Source: a virus
IMG/VR virus record: IMGVR_UViG_3300028388_003908
Span: 64,001 to 128,000 of that record
Reading direction: 5' to 3' (one strand)
DNA: 64,000 nucleotides
Below the pieces are notes generated by a model. It made no database searches, was not told where the DNA came from, and saw only the letters and a program-made list of their open reading frames with translations. Shown here piece after piece: positions 37,584 through 48,085 of the stretch (position 1 is its first letter; every line of letters starts with the position of its first letter). Made by a program: the position numbers and the translations under genes.

Positions 37584-37662
37584 GCGATCTTCCTTATCTG
37601 TCGATGTTTACTGCTCTCTTATACTACACACAAGAGCACCTAACACCGACAGACGAGAAAGG

Positions 37663-40338
37663 TTAAAACAGAATCGTAATGTCCTTGCCTTCATGGTAAA
37701 TCTTGTAAGACAGCCCTTGATTGACTTGATCTCTCACCCAATAAGCAAGCTCTACCGCCTGCACCTCGCTAAGCTCTTTAACATGAAAAACCGAGACAGA
37801 TGACGCGCTGTCTTCCACGTTAGCAGAATCCTCATTTTGAGCACTGAGGGCGGGAGGATTATCCTCGGATTCGATCTCCTCTTGCTTAAAGATCTCGACA
37901 AGAGATTCTGGCAGATCATAGACGCGCTCTCCCTTCTTATTGGTCGAGTAGCCTTTTCTCAGATCTTTGAGATCATAAGGCACCGTCCAATCTTTACCGA
38001 TCTCTACGTCTACGAGCAGAGGTATGGGCCAACCCTGCGCTTTGATAGCGCTATTTCTCACCATCGTCTTACAGACAAAATCAATCGCCTCACCCATAAT
38101 GCTCTCATGGATCTCAAAAACAATCTCATCATGTACGGTCAAGATCATGCGGAATTTATCCGACCAACCGCGCTTCTTAACCCCCTTATAGATGAGACCC
38201 ATGGCGAGCTTGGTAATGTCAGCGCTCGTCCCCTGCACAGGAGAATTTACGCTCTTGCGCTCGTCTTTAGAACGTAGCTTACGCTCTTTACTATTGATCT
38301 CTGGCATAGGCAAGACACGTCCGAAAGCGGTCTTAACGAACTCGTTTTTAGACGAAAACTTATGCTGATTCTGCCACCAACCATAGAGCGTTCGATACGT
38401 CTTGATGAACGTATTATATTTCTCCTCACCCTCTTGCTCTGAACACTCGATAGTGCGAACCACAGCGCGACCGGTACCGCCATAACAGAGCGCAAAATTG
38501 CAACCCTTAGCGTTCTGACGTAGCGCCTTCCATTCCTTCTTCTGCTTAGAATCTTCCCCATAAAAAGCCACCGCGGTGAGCGTGTGAATATCCCCAATCT
38601 TATCTGACCCGCAAGGACAGATGGGTGGGGTCGGTCTTGGGAAGCCCTCCTCGTCAAGCTCTTGAGGAAACGTATTATTGCAATCTGAACAACGGAAGAA
38701 CTCTCGAATCCATTTAGGCTCTCGGGACAGATTTGTGATCAAGCGTAACTCTACACCGGCGTAGTCAATAGCAGCCAGCCACCACCCTTCCTCTCGCGCT
38801 CGGATGCAAGATCTCATCTCACGCACACACTCAGGCTTAGACATATCATAGGTCGCAGGGATGCCCTGAAAAGGTACGCGACAACCGCCGTCTCTTGTCT
38901 TCTTAGGGTCTTTAGTCACCTTACAAGAGAAGCGCCCTGTATCGGTCGCAAACTGATCAAATTTAGGCTTTAGCGTACCATCGACCGCCACGTCTTCGAT
39001 CATCGGCACAAGATACTGAGACAGCGCCTTGGCTAACTCACGATAACGCTTGATCTTAGCAAGGAAAGGATACTCGGACTCTAGGTCCTCGATGAAGCGG
39101 TCAAGCACCTCTGCACCTGTTGCTACTTGACCGGACGCACCGGTTGTCTTAAGACCGGGAATCTGAAGTTCACGAAAAAGCAAACCCAACTGCTGAGGAC
39201 TCGCTACGTCATAGATATACGGAAAATCCACGTCCTCTCGATCTCCCTCTCTTAAAAGAGAAGGCACGTTAACGGTGATCTTCCTCTTTAAAAGAATCGA
39301 CCTCTCCATGTCACTGCGATCATAACGCTCGCCCTCTTTACGCGCTTCATTTATACGCGATTTATAATTGAGTTGACCATCTCCAATCTCGTTATAATCA
39401 AAACGATTTTCCGTGTTTGAGATCTCGCCCTTCATTATCTTGATATATGTAGGCTCAATATCTCTGCCAAGCAGATCAGAAGCCCCCTTGTAGACCTCTA
39501 ACAGAGAATCGAACCATTCCTTCTGACCGTCTCGGGCTAGCTTTAATGTACGCTCTCGGTCGACATATACGCGGTTACGGTGCATCCAGCGCACTGATGT
39601 GGCGCACATCTTTTCCAAGCCGTAAAGGAAGGTCGTGTGCTCGGGCGCTTCTGTATAGCGCTTATCCATCACCTCCCAAATCCTCAACGTACAGAGAGGG
39701 TCAGCGGCCGCATACCATACGCAAGGCTCCCAAGAAGGATCTAATGTCGAGTAATCCTTCACGTCCTCAAAAATCAGCTCGTTAAGCTCGATCATCTCCA
39801 TGTTGACAAGGGTTTTAGAGAGATATTTCAAACCCTTCTTGCCTTTAGTCCTAGAATCAAGAAGATAAGCTAGGATATGCGTATCTTCCCAACCGAGATG
39901 ATTATCCCAACGCTCCTCTCCTAGAGGCTTGTGACCGTTAAACTCAAGAAACTCTAAATCGAAACCCGAGTTGTGAACCACAGGACGCGCCTTAACCTCA
40001 GGGTCAAACAATCGAGTAAACTCTTGAGCAAATAAACGCCATGAGACGTTATGTTCCGAACCCGCTGAGTGCGCTAACGGGAAATAATATGCCTTGTTCT
40101 TTGTCGGGGCGATGCCCACACCCACAATCGAATCGACCGTGCGCCCATCAAATACTCGATTATCAAGACCGGTCGTCTCAAGGTCTAATCCGTAAACCCC
40201 TAAAGGGGCGTTGATACACTCATCTACAGCCTGCGATAGATTGTCTGCCGTACCCAAGATCAACTGAATCTCAGGGTCTAACATCCAATCCTTGCGCTTC
40301 ACGTCAGGTCGTGATAGCGCCTCAAACAATTCAAACAC
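37663..40338 (-). CDS. polA: Family A DNA polymerase with 3'-5' exonuclease
   Basis: DLETTGL, HNSGFD, YAAAD, TDTGRFS, IDYAGVELR, RQNAKGCNFALCYG, VQGTSADI, TVHDEI. Confidence 0.95.
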   Translation of the reverse strand: MFELFEALSRPDVKRKDWMLDPEIQLILGTADNLSQAVDECINAPLGVYGLDLETTGLDNRVFDGRTVDSIVGVGIAPTKNKAYYFPLAHSAGSEHNVSWRLFAQEFTRLFDPEVKARPVVHNSGFDLEFLEFNGHKPLGEERWDNHLGWEDTHILAYLLDSRTKGKKGLKYLSKTLVNMEMIELNELIFEDVKDYSTLDPSWEPCVWYAAADPLCTLRIWEVMDKRYTEAPEHTTFLYGLEKMCATSVRWMHRNRVYVDRERTLKLARDGQKEWFDSLLEVYKGASDLLGRDIEPTYIKIMKGEISNTENRFDYNEIGDGQLNYKSRINEARKEGERYDRSDMERSILLKRKITVNVPSLLREGDREDVDFPYIYDVASPQQLGLLFRELQIPGLKTTGASGQVATGAEVLDRFIEDLESEYPFLAKIKRYRELAKALSQYLVPMIEDVAVDGTLKPKFDQFATDTGRFSCKVTKDPKKTRDGGCRVPFQGIPATYDMSKPECVREMRSCIRAREEGWWLAAIDYAGVELRLITNLSREPKWIREFFRCSDCNNTFPQELDEEGFPRPTPPICPCGSDKIGDIHTLTAVAFYGEDSKQKKEWKALRQNAKGCNFALCYGGTGRAVVRTIECSEQEGEEKYNTFIKTYRTLYGWWQNQHKFSSKNEFVKTAFGRVLPMPEINSKERKLRSKDERKSVNSPVQGTSADITKLAMGLIYKGVKKRGWSDKFRMILTVHDEIVFEIHESIMGEAIDFVCKTMVRNSAIKAQGWPIPLLVDVEIGKDWTVPYDLKDLRKGYSTNKKGERVYDLPESLVEIFKQEEIESEDNPPALSAQNEDSANVEDSASSVSVFHVKELSEVQAVELAYWVRDQVNQGLSYKIYHEGKDITILF

Positions 40339-40416
40339 GTCTGCTCCTTAGCGATAAGAGAGAGAGGCAAGCGCTTATTGGCTCACCCCTCTCTCTTATA
40401 CTAAATCAGCAGATGA

Positions 40417-43400
40417 TTACACGGCGCTACGCACGTTGAACGTAAACTGGATATAGAGGAGAGGGAACATCGGACGATAGTACGCCTCGATAAGAATCCC
40501 CGTTGGGTCCTCAGGATCCTGCGCTACGCTCACGCCGGTGAAGCTGTTGATGATCTGCTCTGCAACCAATCTACGGAACATCTCATTAACGCGCCCCTCA
40601 ATCTGATTGATCACAGCAGGCACAAACTTCTGACCGATATAATCGTTGGTCAGATTGCGCGCTCTCAGATGCACCTCGTCTGCGATCTGAATCACGGTAG
40701 GTGTCTTGGTCAGCGCGCTCGTCATGTCAGTGGTTAGACCATGACGGACAACAATCTGTCCGCCTCTCTGTTGTAGCACGGTCACGCCAGAATTAGCTGT
40801 CTGATTCGCGTCCACAGCGTCAAGGTTGCGAGAGAGCGTATTGAAGCCAAGTACCTGCAAGCTCGTCCAAGGAGTCGCCACGTCAATCGTACCCGCGGTG
40901 GTCGCGGATGCGAGCGCTACTGCGAGATAACGACCATCTAGAAGATAGGTCTGAGAGACGCCCTGCACGTTCGTGATGGTTGACGAGACAATATCAGGAT
41001 AAACAAGACGCACTCTTGAGTTCTTAGTAATAGACGCGAGACGCTGTGCTTCCTTAGGCTGTGTGCCAGCAGGGAAACCAACAATCGCTGTGCGCTCTGA
41101 TCTATAACGCAAGCTAGACTGAATGTCACAATGACGTGACAGCTCAGTAAGAATAGCGTCATTAGCAGGGACGAGAGGCACGATAATAGAGGGAGAGAGA
41201 CCGGTAAGGATCTCACCCTCAGACTCAGTAATCGAAGCGAGAATCTGAGCCGTTGTAAGCTCTGTCTCACCCTCCAACAAAGGCACCTGCTTAAGTGCAA
41301 TCGCGCTCGCGCCATTCACAAAAGCGTAATAGGCTGCCATCGTCAGAGAGTTCTGAGGAGATATATCACCAAACTCTGCGATCACGTCCGAGATACGAGT
41401 AAACACCGCTGTGCCGAACACACTCTTATTACGGACAATATCGAGGTAATAAGTGCTACCGATAGAGGGCTCACGATTAACATCAATATCCCCCGCGTTG
41501 GCAAACGTCTCGACATAGACGGTCTCCCCAACGGTCACGCCTGACGTGTTCTCTACAATCAGAGACACACCAGGGATCACCTTCACAGGCAACGTGCTAT
41601 TGGTCAAAATCGTCTTGCTAGACACAAAGGTCAAGGTCGCGTTCGCGCCTGTAGGATAACGCTGTCCGCCATCTCTCGCCAACACGGTGAGACGTAGCCC
41701 GGTCACGCTGTCCACATAGGTCTGACCAACAACACCATCTGCACCGGTCGCGCTCAAAACTGAGGTGCCCGCTGAACCTGAACCGGCAGGGTTATCCGAG
41801 GTCACGACAAAGCCTTGATAAGGCGCCTCGCCCACAACGCTGTCGCCAGCGTTAATGCCAAGACCGCTACCGATCTCATCTACGCCGGTTGAGCTACTAA
41901 AGGTGATGTTAGAATCAATCCCTACGTTCAAGCTCTCAAACGTCACATAAGAACGACCCGCCACGTCCTCAGTGAGATAGGTAATCCCATAAGTAGTGAC
42001 GAAATCTCCTTGTAGCGCGCTCACGCTCTGAATGTCCGTTGAGAACATGAAGGCGCGTAGAGCAAGCTGACCGCCTTGAGCGAGATGAGAATTCAACGCG
42101 CTTGAGAAGGCTGACGCGCTCACAGCGCTGGTCGTAAACGTATCACCTGCGGTTAGAGAGAATCTGTCGTTAGCAGACCCCTCACCTACCTCGATGTAAG
42201 CGTTCACAGACACAGGCAAATGAGCGTGAATCAGATTACCGTTGACCACAGAGGTCGTACCGATAACAGAGTCGATCAAATCTGCGATCTGTTGGGCGCT
42301 TCTGGTCGTACCGTCTGCGTTACCGTCTAGTAGATCTATGTTGTGAGACTGACCGTTGACCACAAGAGAGAGCAGATTATTTGCGCTCTCAGTGCCGGTG
42401 CCGTCATACAAGGTCACCCCTGCGAGAGATCCGCTCGTCTCGTCCCAACCCATATCAAGGGTCAGAAGAATATCAAGCGAGCGTCCGAGAGGTGCAGAGG
42501 TCGCCACGGTACCTGCAACAAGACCACAAGCCTCTGCGAGATCCCCTCCGGAGACAACCTCAATGGTGTTTCTAGTGAGCGACACATAACGAGCACCTGC
42601 AACAAAGCGAGAGCGCAGAATCAAGCGATCTCTGAGGAACTGGTTATTACCATCGCTAGTGTCGGTTGAGACGAAATCCGCAACGGGCAGAATACCGAAC
42701 TTGCTCTGACTGCCATCTGCAATATCAACATCAACACCGATGACCTGAGCTAGATCATCCACGCTTGTGACGAACTCGATATATCCGTAAATGTCGGCAG
42801 CCGCCACATCCGTTAGTGTAAAGACCATGCGACCGATTGAATCGGCGGTCACCTCAAGAGAGGTCGTGCCCGCTCCGTCATCAGAAATCACGCCATCAAA
42901 GACTGCCTGCAATTGATCTTGTATCTCTTGAGCAAGCTCGGCTGCCGTGTATGAAGCATTCGGAATAGTCACGGTAACGTCTGTACGAGAGACAAGTCCT
43001 GCGCCCGTAATGCCTACATAAGACACGCTCAACTCATCATGGTCCCCCGCCACAATGGTGACGCTATCAGAACCGAGAGCAGACATAGCGGTATAAGACG
43101 CTTCTACGCTCTGAGAGGCGACATTAATGGCGTTCACAAGGGTTGACACGTCACCCGCAGGATTGCTCACATTAACGCTCAAAGCCTGACCGTCAACCTC
43201 TAGAAGCAAGGTGCCGTCTAGATCGAGAGTCGTCCCGTTAGACGCTACGGTGTAATCAAGAGGAGCGCCTACAATGGTCGCCTTATTAATGCTGAGATCG
43301 AGATCAATCCCGTTAAGGGTTGTCGAGTCGATATCCATCTCAAAGCTCAGAGAGCCGAGCAGATAAGGACCAAAGCCAGGTGTCGTGTAGAGCGCAGGAG

Positions 43401-45204
43401 TGCCGTTAAAGTCCTGAAACTGAACGGTGACGGTCTCTTCTACAGGAACCCCGCCCTCGATACGGGCGTCAGAGATAAGCTCGCTTCCTGATGGGAAGTT
43501 CACATCAACAACAGCGAGATCGGTGCCCTTGCCGGTGTAGCGTACACCATAAAGATTGCTCGTACCTCTAGTGACGCGATAAGAACCTACCCCGCTACGG
43601 TCCGCGACAACAGCGGTAAGCTCATAGCCGCCACCATTAACCACAGCCTCTGTCTGTAACAGGTTGTAGTAGAACGTAGCGAAAACCTTATGACCGGCAG
43701 GAACAGGTCTAGCCAAGACGATAGATGAATCTTGAGGATTAACCCTAGCGACCGCAACGTCGGAGCGCTCAAGAGCGTCTGCCAACGTGTAGCCTGTCTT
43801 AACCTGCACAAGATCGGTGCGTGAGGTGGGAGTGCCAGTCCCCGTACCATCAACAGGCTGTGCAGGTAGCTTAAACGTGTTTGCTACGATTCTGCCGTTG
43901 ATCACATGAGCAGAACACTCAGCAAGGAACATACGGTTATCCATATTTGAAGGGATAACCTTTGTTGTTGGGAAGCTAGAGCCCTCAACAGCGGTAGGCA
44001 GAGTAGCGCTACCCCAAAGGATCTTGTCGTCCTTGAGAACCCAATTTACGCCCTCGATGTATGTTGTGGCAGGTGAATTACCTGTCGCTACATCAGAGAC
44101 TCTAGTGACCTCTCTTACACCCCTAGCAGGAATATAATCGAACTGATCCTTGAAAGGATTAAAGGCATAATCAACGGTGAGCGTAGAGCCAACCTTAGGC
44201 GCCTCACTAAGAGTGATCGCACCGGTAGCACCATCTACAGAGAGAGGTGTGACGCTCACGCCATCTACCAACACAGACACATCGGAGACGTTCGTGGTCA
44301 CGATACCAGAGCCGGTACCATCGGTAATAGGATTGTAGTTGGTGTGGAAGATGGTCTTACGCGCAGAACCCGTCTGACCTTGGAAGATCCCGAGCGCGTC
44401 ATTTGCAGTACCGCCTCCAACCACAATCGAACCATCGGCGGTCAACTCGAGGTTGTCTACTCCGAAGTTATCCGTAAAGACGGCTGCCTCTAGACTGCCC
44501 TTATTGGCTGTCGTGTTAACAGCGATCACAGCGCGAGCAAGATTATCCGCTCTGTTGGTGTTAACAAGAGGAAGACTGACGGTCACAGACACGCCATCTA
44601 CAACAAGAGAAAGCGTGTTTGCTCCTGCGGTGAAGCCGTAATCGTCTGTGCTCTTCTTGACAACGCGGAGAGCGGTGCGCTCAGCGGTAATCTGATTGCT
44701 CAGATCCTCACCTACAACCGAGGTATCGTTTCGGTCAAAGAAGTAGGTGAGATAAACGACATCCCCATCCTTAGGCGCTTGCGCGAGAGACACAATACCA
44801 TTGACCCCATCAACAGCGAGCACTACAGCAGGATCGCCATTAATGGTCGCGCTCACAGAGGCGGGACTTGTTGTAGGGGTGCCCGTACCGTCTCCTGTGA
44901 CGATAGGCCACAGCTTGGTTCTAACACGCGCTGAAGCGCCATCAAAATCCCCTAGGCTATAAGAGCCGTCAGGATTAACAGCGAGCACAGCGCGAGCGCT
45001 CATATCCTCTTCAACGATTTGCTGATCTACGGTCGCAGAGCTTCCGCGGACCAAGGTCAATCCGTTAGATTCGATTGTCTCTCTGCCCGTACCGATGAAC
45101 AGAGGAACACGGCCTGAAACGGTCGTGTCAGGTGTCGGTGTTTCAAAAACCGATTGCGTATATACGCCAGGTGGCGCGTAGCCTCCACTAATAGCCATGG
45201 TCAA
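40417..45204 (-). CDS. Giant contractile tail sheath protein (1595 aa)
   Basis: N-terminal YAPPGVY, FVNGA, C-terminal YRPMFPLLYIQFTF typical of sheaths; large beta-rich insertions. Confidence 0.88.
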   Translation of the reverse strand: MTMAISGGYAPPGVYTQSVFETPTPDTTVSGRVPLFIGTGRETIESNGLTLVRGSSATVDQQIVEEDMSARAVLAVNPDGSYSLGDFDGASARVRTKLWPIVTGDGTGTPTTSPASVSATINGDPAVVLAVDGVNGIVSLAQAPKDGDVVYLTYFFDRNDTSVVGEDLSNQITAERTALRVVKKSTDDYGFTAGANTLSLVVDGVSVTVSLPLVNTNRADNLARAVIAVNTTANKGSLEAAVFTDNFGVDNLELTADGSIVVGGGTANDALGIFQGQTGSARKTIFHTNYNPITDGTGSGIVTTNVSDVSVLVDGVSVTPLSVDGATGAITLSEAPKVGSTLTVDYAFNPFKDQFDYIPARGVREVTRVSDVATGNSPATTYIEGVNWVLKDDKILWGSATLPTAVEGSSFPTTKVIPSNMDNRMFLAECSAHVINGRIVANTFKLPAQPVDGTGTGTPTSRTDLVQVKTGYTLADALERSDVAVARVNPQDSSIVLARPVPAGHKVFATFYYNLLQTEAVVNGGGYELTAVVADRSGVGSYRVTRGTSNLYGVRYTGKGTDLAVVDVNFPSGSELISDARIEGGVPVEETVTVQFQDFNGTPALYTTPGFGPYLLGSLSFEMDIDSTTLNGIDLDLSINKATIVGAPLDYTVASNGTTLDLDGTLLLEVDGQALSVNVSNPAGDVSTLVNAINVASQSVEASYTAMSALGSDSVTIVAGDHDELSVSYVGITGAGLVSRTDVTVTIPNASYTAAELAQEIQDQLQAVFDGVISDDGAGTTSLEVTADSIGRMVFTLTDVAAADIYGYIEFVTSVDDLAQVIGVDVDIADGSQSKFGILPVADFVSTDTSDGNNQFLRDRLILRSRFVAGARYVSLTRNTIEVVSGGDLAEACGLVAGTVATSAPLGRSLDILLTLDMGWDETSGSLAGVTLYDGTGTESANNLLSLVVNGQSHNIDLLDGNADGTTRSAQQIADLIDSVIGTTSVVNGNLIHAHLPVSVNAYIEVGEGSANDRFSLTAGDTFTTSAVSASAFSSALNSHLAQGGQLALRAFMFSTDIQSVSALQGDFVTTYGITYLTEDVAGRSYVTFESLNVGIDSNITFSSSTGVDEIGSGLGINAGDSVVGEAPYQGFVVTSDNPAGSGSAGTSVLSATGADGVVGQTYVDSVTGLRLTVLARDGGQRYPTGANATLTFVSSKTILTNSTLPVKVIPGVSLIVENTSGVTVGETVYVETFANAGDIDVNREPSIGSTYYLDIVRNKSVFGTAVFTRISDVIAEFGDISPQNSLTMAAYYAFVNGASAIALKQVPLLEGETELTTAQILASITESEGEILTGLSPSIIVPLVPANDAILTELSRHCDIQSSLRYRSERTAIVGFPAGTQPKEAQRLASITKNSRVRLVYPDIVSSTITNVQGVSQTYLLDGRYLAVALASATTAGTIDVATPWTSLQVLGFNTLSRNLDAVDANQTANSGVTVLQQRGGQIVVRHGLTTDMTSALTKTPTVIQIADEVHLRARNLTNDYIGQKFVPAVINQIEGRVNEMFRRLVAEQIINSFTGVSVAQDPEDPTGILIEAYYRPMFPLLYIQFTFNVRSAV

Positions 45205-45626
45205 CTCCCTTTAGCTTCTGTTTGAGTGTTCTTGATAATCTCCATAGCACCGTCTCGGTAATCTTTAAGTACCTCACCGGCTTCTCTATGCAAGGAATAT
45301 GTGCCATCATCCTCTCGTAAAAGATCATATCCGGTCGCACCCTCGTTATCGTTGAGAATGTCCCATTTGTCTTTACGTCTCTGATAGATCGCGTCCCATT
45401 TCTGTCGAGCGTCCTCACCGATCACACGGTCAAAGTCCAAGTCCAAGGATTCAATCCCCGTAGATTGGACCTCTAAAGAACCGCTCACGTCAGAGGAGAA
45501 GCCTACAGATAGATCTTTCTTCTCCGAGTAAGCGATCTGACCGCAGTCGCAAGACACGCTCTCTAAAGTAGACCTCTTACGAAAAGAAAGTCCACACGAG
45601 TCGCAGAGATAACGGATAATCGGCAT
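45201..45626 (-). CDS. FmdB-like zinc-ribbon protein
   Basis: MPIIRYLCDSCG...CDCG. Confidence 0.65.
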   Translation of the reverse strand: MPIIRYLCDSCGLSFRKRSTLESVSCDCGQIAYSEKKDLSVGFSSDVSGSLEVQSTGIESLDLDFDRVIGEDARQKWDAIYQRRKDKWDILNDNEGATGYDLLREDDGTYSLHREAGEVLKDYRDGAMEIIKNTQTEAKGS

Positions 45627-45677
45627 ATTGTCCTCTCATGTATCGCTAGGTAATAGCGTTTAAAGATTAACAATATA

Positions 45678-46796
45678 TCAAAGCACCGTAGGTATCACTA
45701 CCTCCGTACCGATACCGGATATCATATCCCCTGCTGGAGCGATCTCAAAAGGCACCACACCTTCTGTCGTTAAATAATAAATGGGGATGTAAACGGGCTC
45801 ATGCACAAACCAATTTGTCTGCGCTGTAAATGAGATCGAACCCGTATAAAAGTAATCATCTCCGTTCTCGTCATAAACCTCTTCTGCCTCGCCCCCTAGG
45901 TTTACCTCAGAGATATCCACTCCCATGTCTGTTAAGGACTTACGCAGAGACGACCAAATCCAAACCACCGTTCTGTCGCAAATATCTGCTTGAGAATGAG
46001 GATCTCTAGCGATTAGCTCTATGTCTACAGACACATCCCAACGCCCGCCATATTCTTGAGATACAATCTCGGGCGTCTCGTTAACCAACACCACCTGCTG
46101 ATCACCTTCTTTGAGCTTGCGTCCGAAAGCAAGTATCGCCCCCTGCACAATGTTGTTATATGCGCTGGCTGGCTTGACCGTGAAAGGACCTTCTTGTCCA
46201 GAATCAACCGTGTAGCGCGCCTCCAAAGAAAGCCCGTTAGGTAGTGCCTCGTTAAGTGTCACCGTGCCCGTCTCATAATCCAGCGTATATTCGCTCGTTC
46301 TCACCAAACGCATAGACGGATACTCGATCAGTCTTAAAGACCCCTCTAAGGGCACGTCCAATAGCTGTACCTCGCTACCTACAACAATAGGTGAGGTCTC
46401 TAAGCGTCTCTCATATCGGTGAGCGTAGACGTGAAAGCTATGTCCGGACACATTAGCGTTGGGATCGTCAAAAATCTTAATGACGTAGACGCCGGGGGAA
46501 TTAGCGCTCGCCATCGCGTCCTCTTTGACCCACTCGATAGATCCGTAAGGCTTGAATTCCTTTAGACGTGCTAAACTAACTGTGCTCTTAACCGTACCTA
46601 TGAAGTTATCAGGACTAAGCACGATATTTGAAGCTCCTCCTGTTCTTACGACCATACCGAACTGAGGACGCTCCTCAAAGCTATACTTACCTTGTATGTT
46701 ATTGGACAATCCAACATAACGTGGATCGTCATTCCAAAAGCCCCTAAGCTCATGGATGATTCTATCTCTGACCGCAAGCGTAAGATGGGCGAACAT
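45678..46796 (-). CDS. Probable tail completion/terminator-like structural protein
   Basis: Beta-rich, YTLDYETGTVTL module also typical of sheath inserts; upstream of sheath. Confidence 0.45.
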   Translation of the reverse strand: MFAHLTLAVRDRIIHELRGFWNDDPRYVGLSNNIQGKYSFEERPQFGMVVRTGGASNIVLSPDNFIGTVKSTVSLARLKEFKPYGSIEWVKEDAMASANSPGVYVIKIFDDPNANVSGHSFHVYAHRYERRLETSPIVVGSEVQLLDVPLEGSLRLIEYPSMRLVRTSEYTLDYETGTVTLNEALPNGLSLEARYTVDSGQEGPFTVKPASAYNNIVQGAILAFGRKLKEGDQQVVLVNETPEIVSQEYGGRWDVSVDIELIARDPHSQADICDRTVVWIWSSLRKSLTDMGVDISEVNLGGEAEEVYDENGDDYFYTGSISFTAQTNWFVHEPVYIPIYYLTTEGVVPFEIAPAGDMISGIGTEVVIPTVL

Positions 46797-47002
46797 TACT
46801 GATCCCCTTCCTTGTGCAGTACGACCCTCAACGTGTCATTAATGATCTGTAGCGTTACCTTATGTCCGTGATCATGATTTATCGCATACTCAAGACCTGA
46901 GCTGTCTATCTTGACAACCTCTAAACGAGATACGTCAGGTACGCGCTTAGGTTCTGTACCGATCAAAATGACAGGCTGAGTTCTTTCCATGTCATTACTC
47001 AT
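46796..47002 (-). CDS. Hypothetical protein
   Basis: GGAGG RBS; TTAAGCGTCTAT upstream (47033-47044). Confidence 0.6.
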   Translation of the reverse strand: MSNDMERTQPVILIGTEPKRVPDVSRLEVVKIDSSGLEYAINHDHGHKVTLQIINDTLRVVLHKEGDQ

Positions 47003-47079
47003 AGCGTCACCTCCTCTTTAAACACAGAGGCTATAGACGCTTAAAAAGGTAATCACCCCCAAGGATTTTAGACCGATTC

Positions 47080-47375
47080 TTATGGTTGAGAGAAGACGCT
47101 TACCCGACCCATAGAGATTGTCACATCAATAGCAAAGTTCTTCTCAAGTTCCCCCCATGAATATGGAACCTTATCATAATCAAAATGAGCTATACCTACT
47201 ACGCTGACACAGATCTAGGATTCACGCGCTCTCCGAGATTATTAATCTCTCCTGCGACCTGCTGGCTTAAACCTCTAAGATCCACCATACGACCTGCGGT
47301 GCGACCCATGCCTTGCTCAAGACGTGCTACGCGCTGTTGTAACTCACGGATCATTTCACTTGCTGTTCTTCTCAT
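47080..47375 (-). pseudogene. MRRTASE-leader gene interrupted by a frameshift near 47200
   Basis: Leader frame stops at 47199; the -1 frame continues VGIAHFDYDKVPYSWGELEKNF to 47080. Confidence 0.5.
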
Positions 47376-47435
47376 GGGGAGATCCTTTCTCATGTTGGCA
47401 TGATTGCTCTCTCAGAGCGCTCATAAATGAAAAAA
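47316..47435 (-). repeat. Promoter-RBS-leader cassette, copy 1
   Basis: Similar to 48294-48417 over about 120 bp (e.g. GCTGTTCTTCTCATG, GATCCTTTCTC, GCATGATTGCTCTCTCAGAGC, ATAAATGAAAAAA). Confidence 0.85.
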
Positions 47436-47438
47436 CGC

Positions 47439-47696
47439 TTAAAAGATTTCCTGCCCAACATTCTCCGATTTCAAGATAATCTCAGGACCATCTGAACTCA
47501 TCTGAAAAGGCCCATCTACGATAAACCTCTGACCATTACCGTCCTCAAAAACAACCCGGACGTATGTCCTCGGTAGCCATTCTGTGTCCATGTCGTATTC
47601 GTCATCCTTTAGATTTAGAATCTCGTCTACGACCTTTACCATGTCTTCTTCCATAAGAGCCTCACATAAAAAAGAGTAAGGATTATGAGTAGACAT
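47439..47696 (-). CDS. Hypothetical protein
   Basis: 85-aa ORF. Confidence 0.5.
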   Translation of the reverse strand: MSTHNPYSFLCEALMEEDMVKVVDEILNLKDDEYDMDTEWLPRTYVRVVFEDGNGQRFIVDGPFQMSSDGPEIILKSENVGQEIF

Positions 47697-47710
47697 GATA
47701 AGAACAAACC

Positions 47711-48085
47711 ATGCAAGAGGATTTAAAGGATTTGCACATGAGTGAATGGGTCGTCTACGTCATACAGAGTCAACAACCACGCAAAACAGCTTCCGGAAAG
47801 CCTGCGGAAGGATTCTTCTATGTCGGCTGTACCACCGATGTAGAGCGCAGACTAAGACAGCATAATGGCGAGATCAAAGGAGGCGCGAAATACACATCTA
47901 AGTATCGCCCTTGGAAGCTCATGTGTACTTATGGTACATACGCTAATCGTTCAGAAGCGATGAAGGCGGAGCGCGCTCTCAAAAAAAAGAGAGGGCGCCA
48001 CCGCCTTCATTGGACACCAGAAGAATCAAAATGGTGTCGAGGCAGAGAACCTAGAGATTTACTTAAAAGTGGTACACAGTCTTAG
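47711..48085 (+). CDS. SLX1-like GIY-YIG nuclease
   Basis: WVVYVI, YVGCTTDVERRLRQHNGEIKGGAKYT..YRPW. Confidence 0.88.
   Translation: MQEDLKDLHMSEWVVYVIQSQQPRKTASGKPAEGFFYVGCTTDVERRLRQHNGEIKGGAKYTSKYRPWKLMCTYGTYANRSEAMKAERALKKKRGRHRLHWTPEESKWCRGREPRDLLKSGTQS

Noticed and set aside
37663-40338. Intein in DNA polymerase or helicase
   Set aside because: No C/S-start plus HN-C/S/T end or LAGLIDADG motifs; the insert is a short Zn finger
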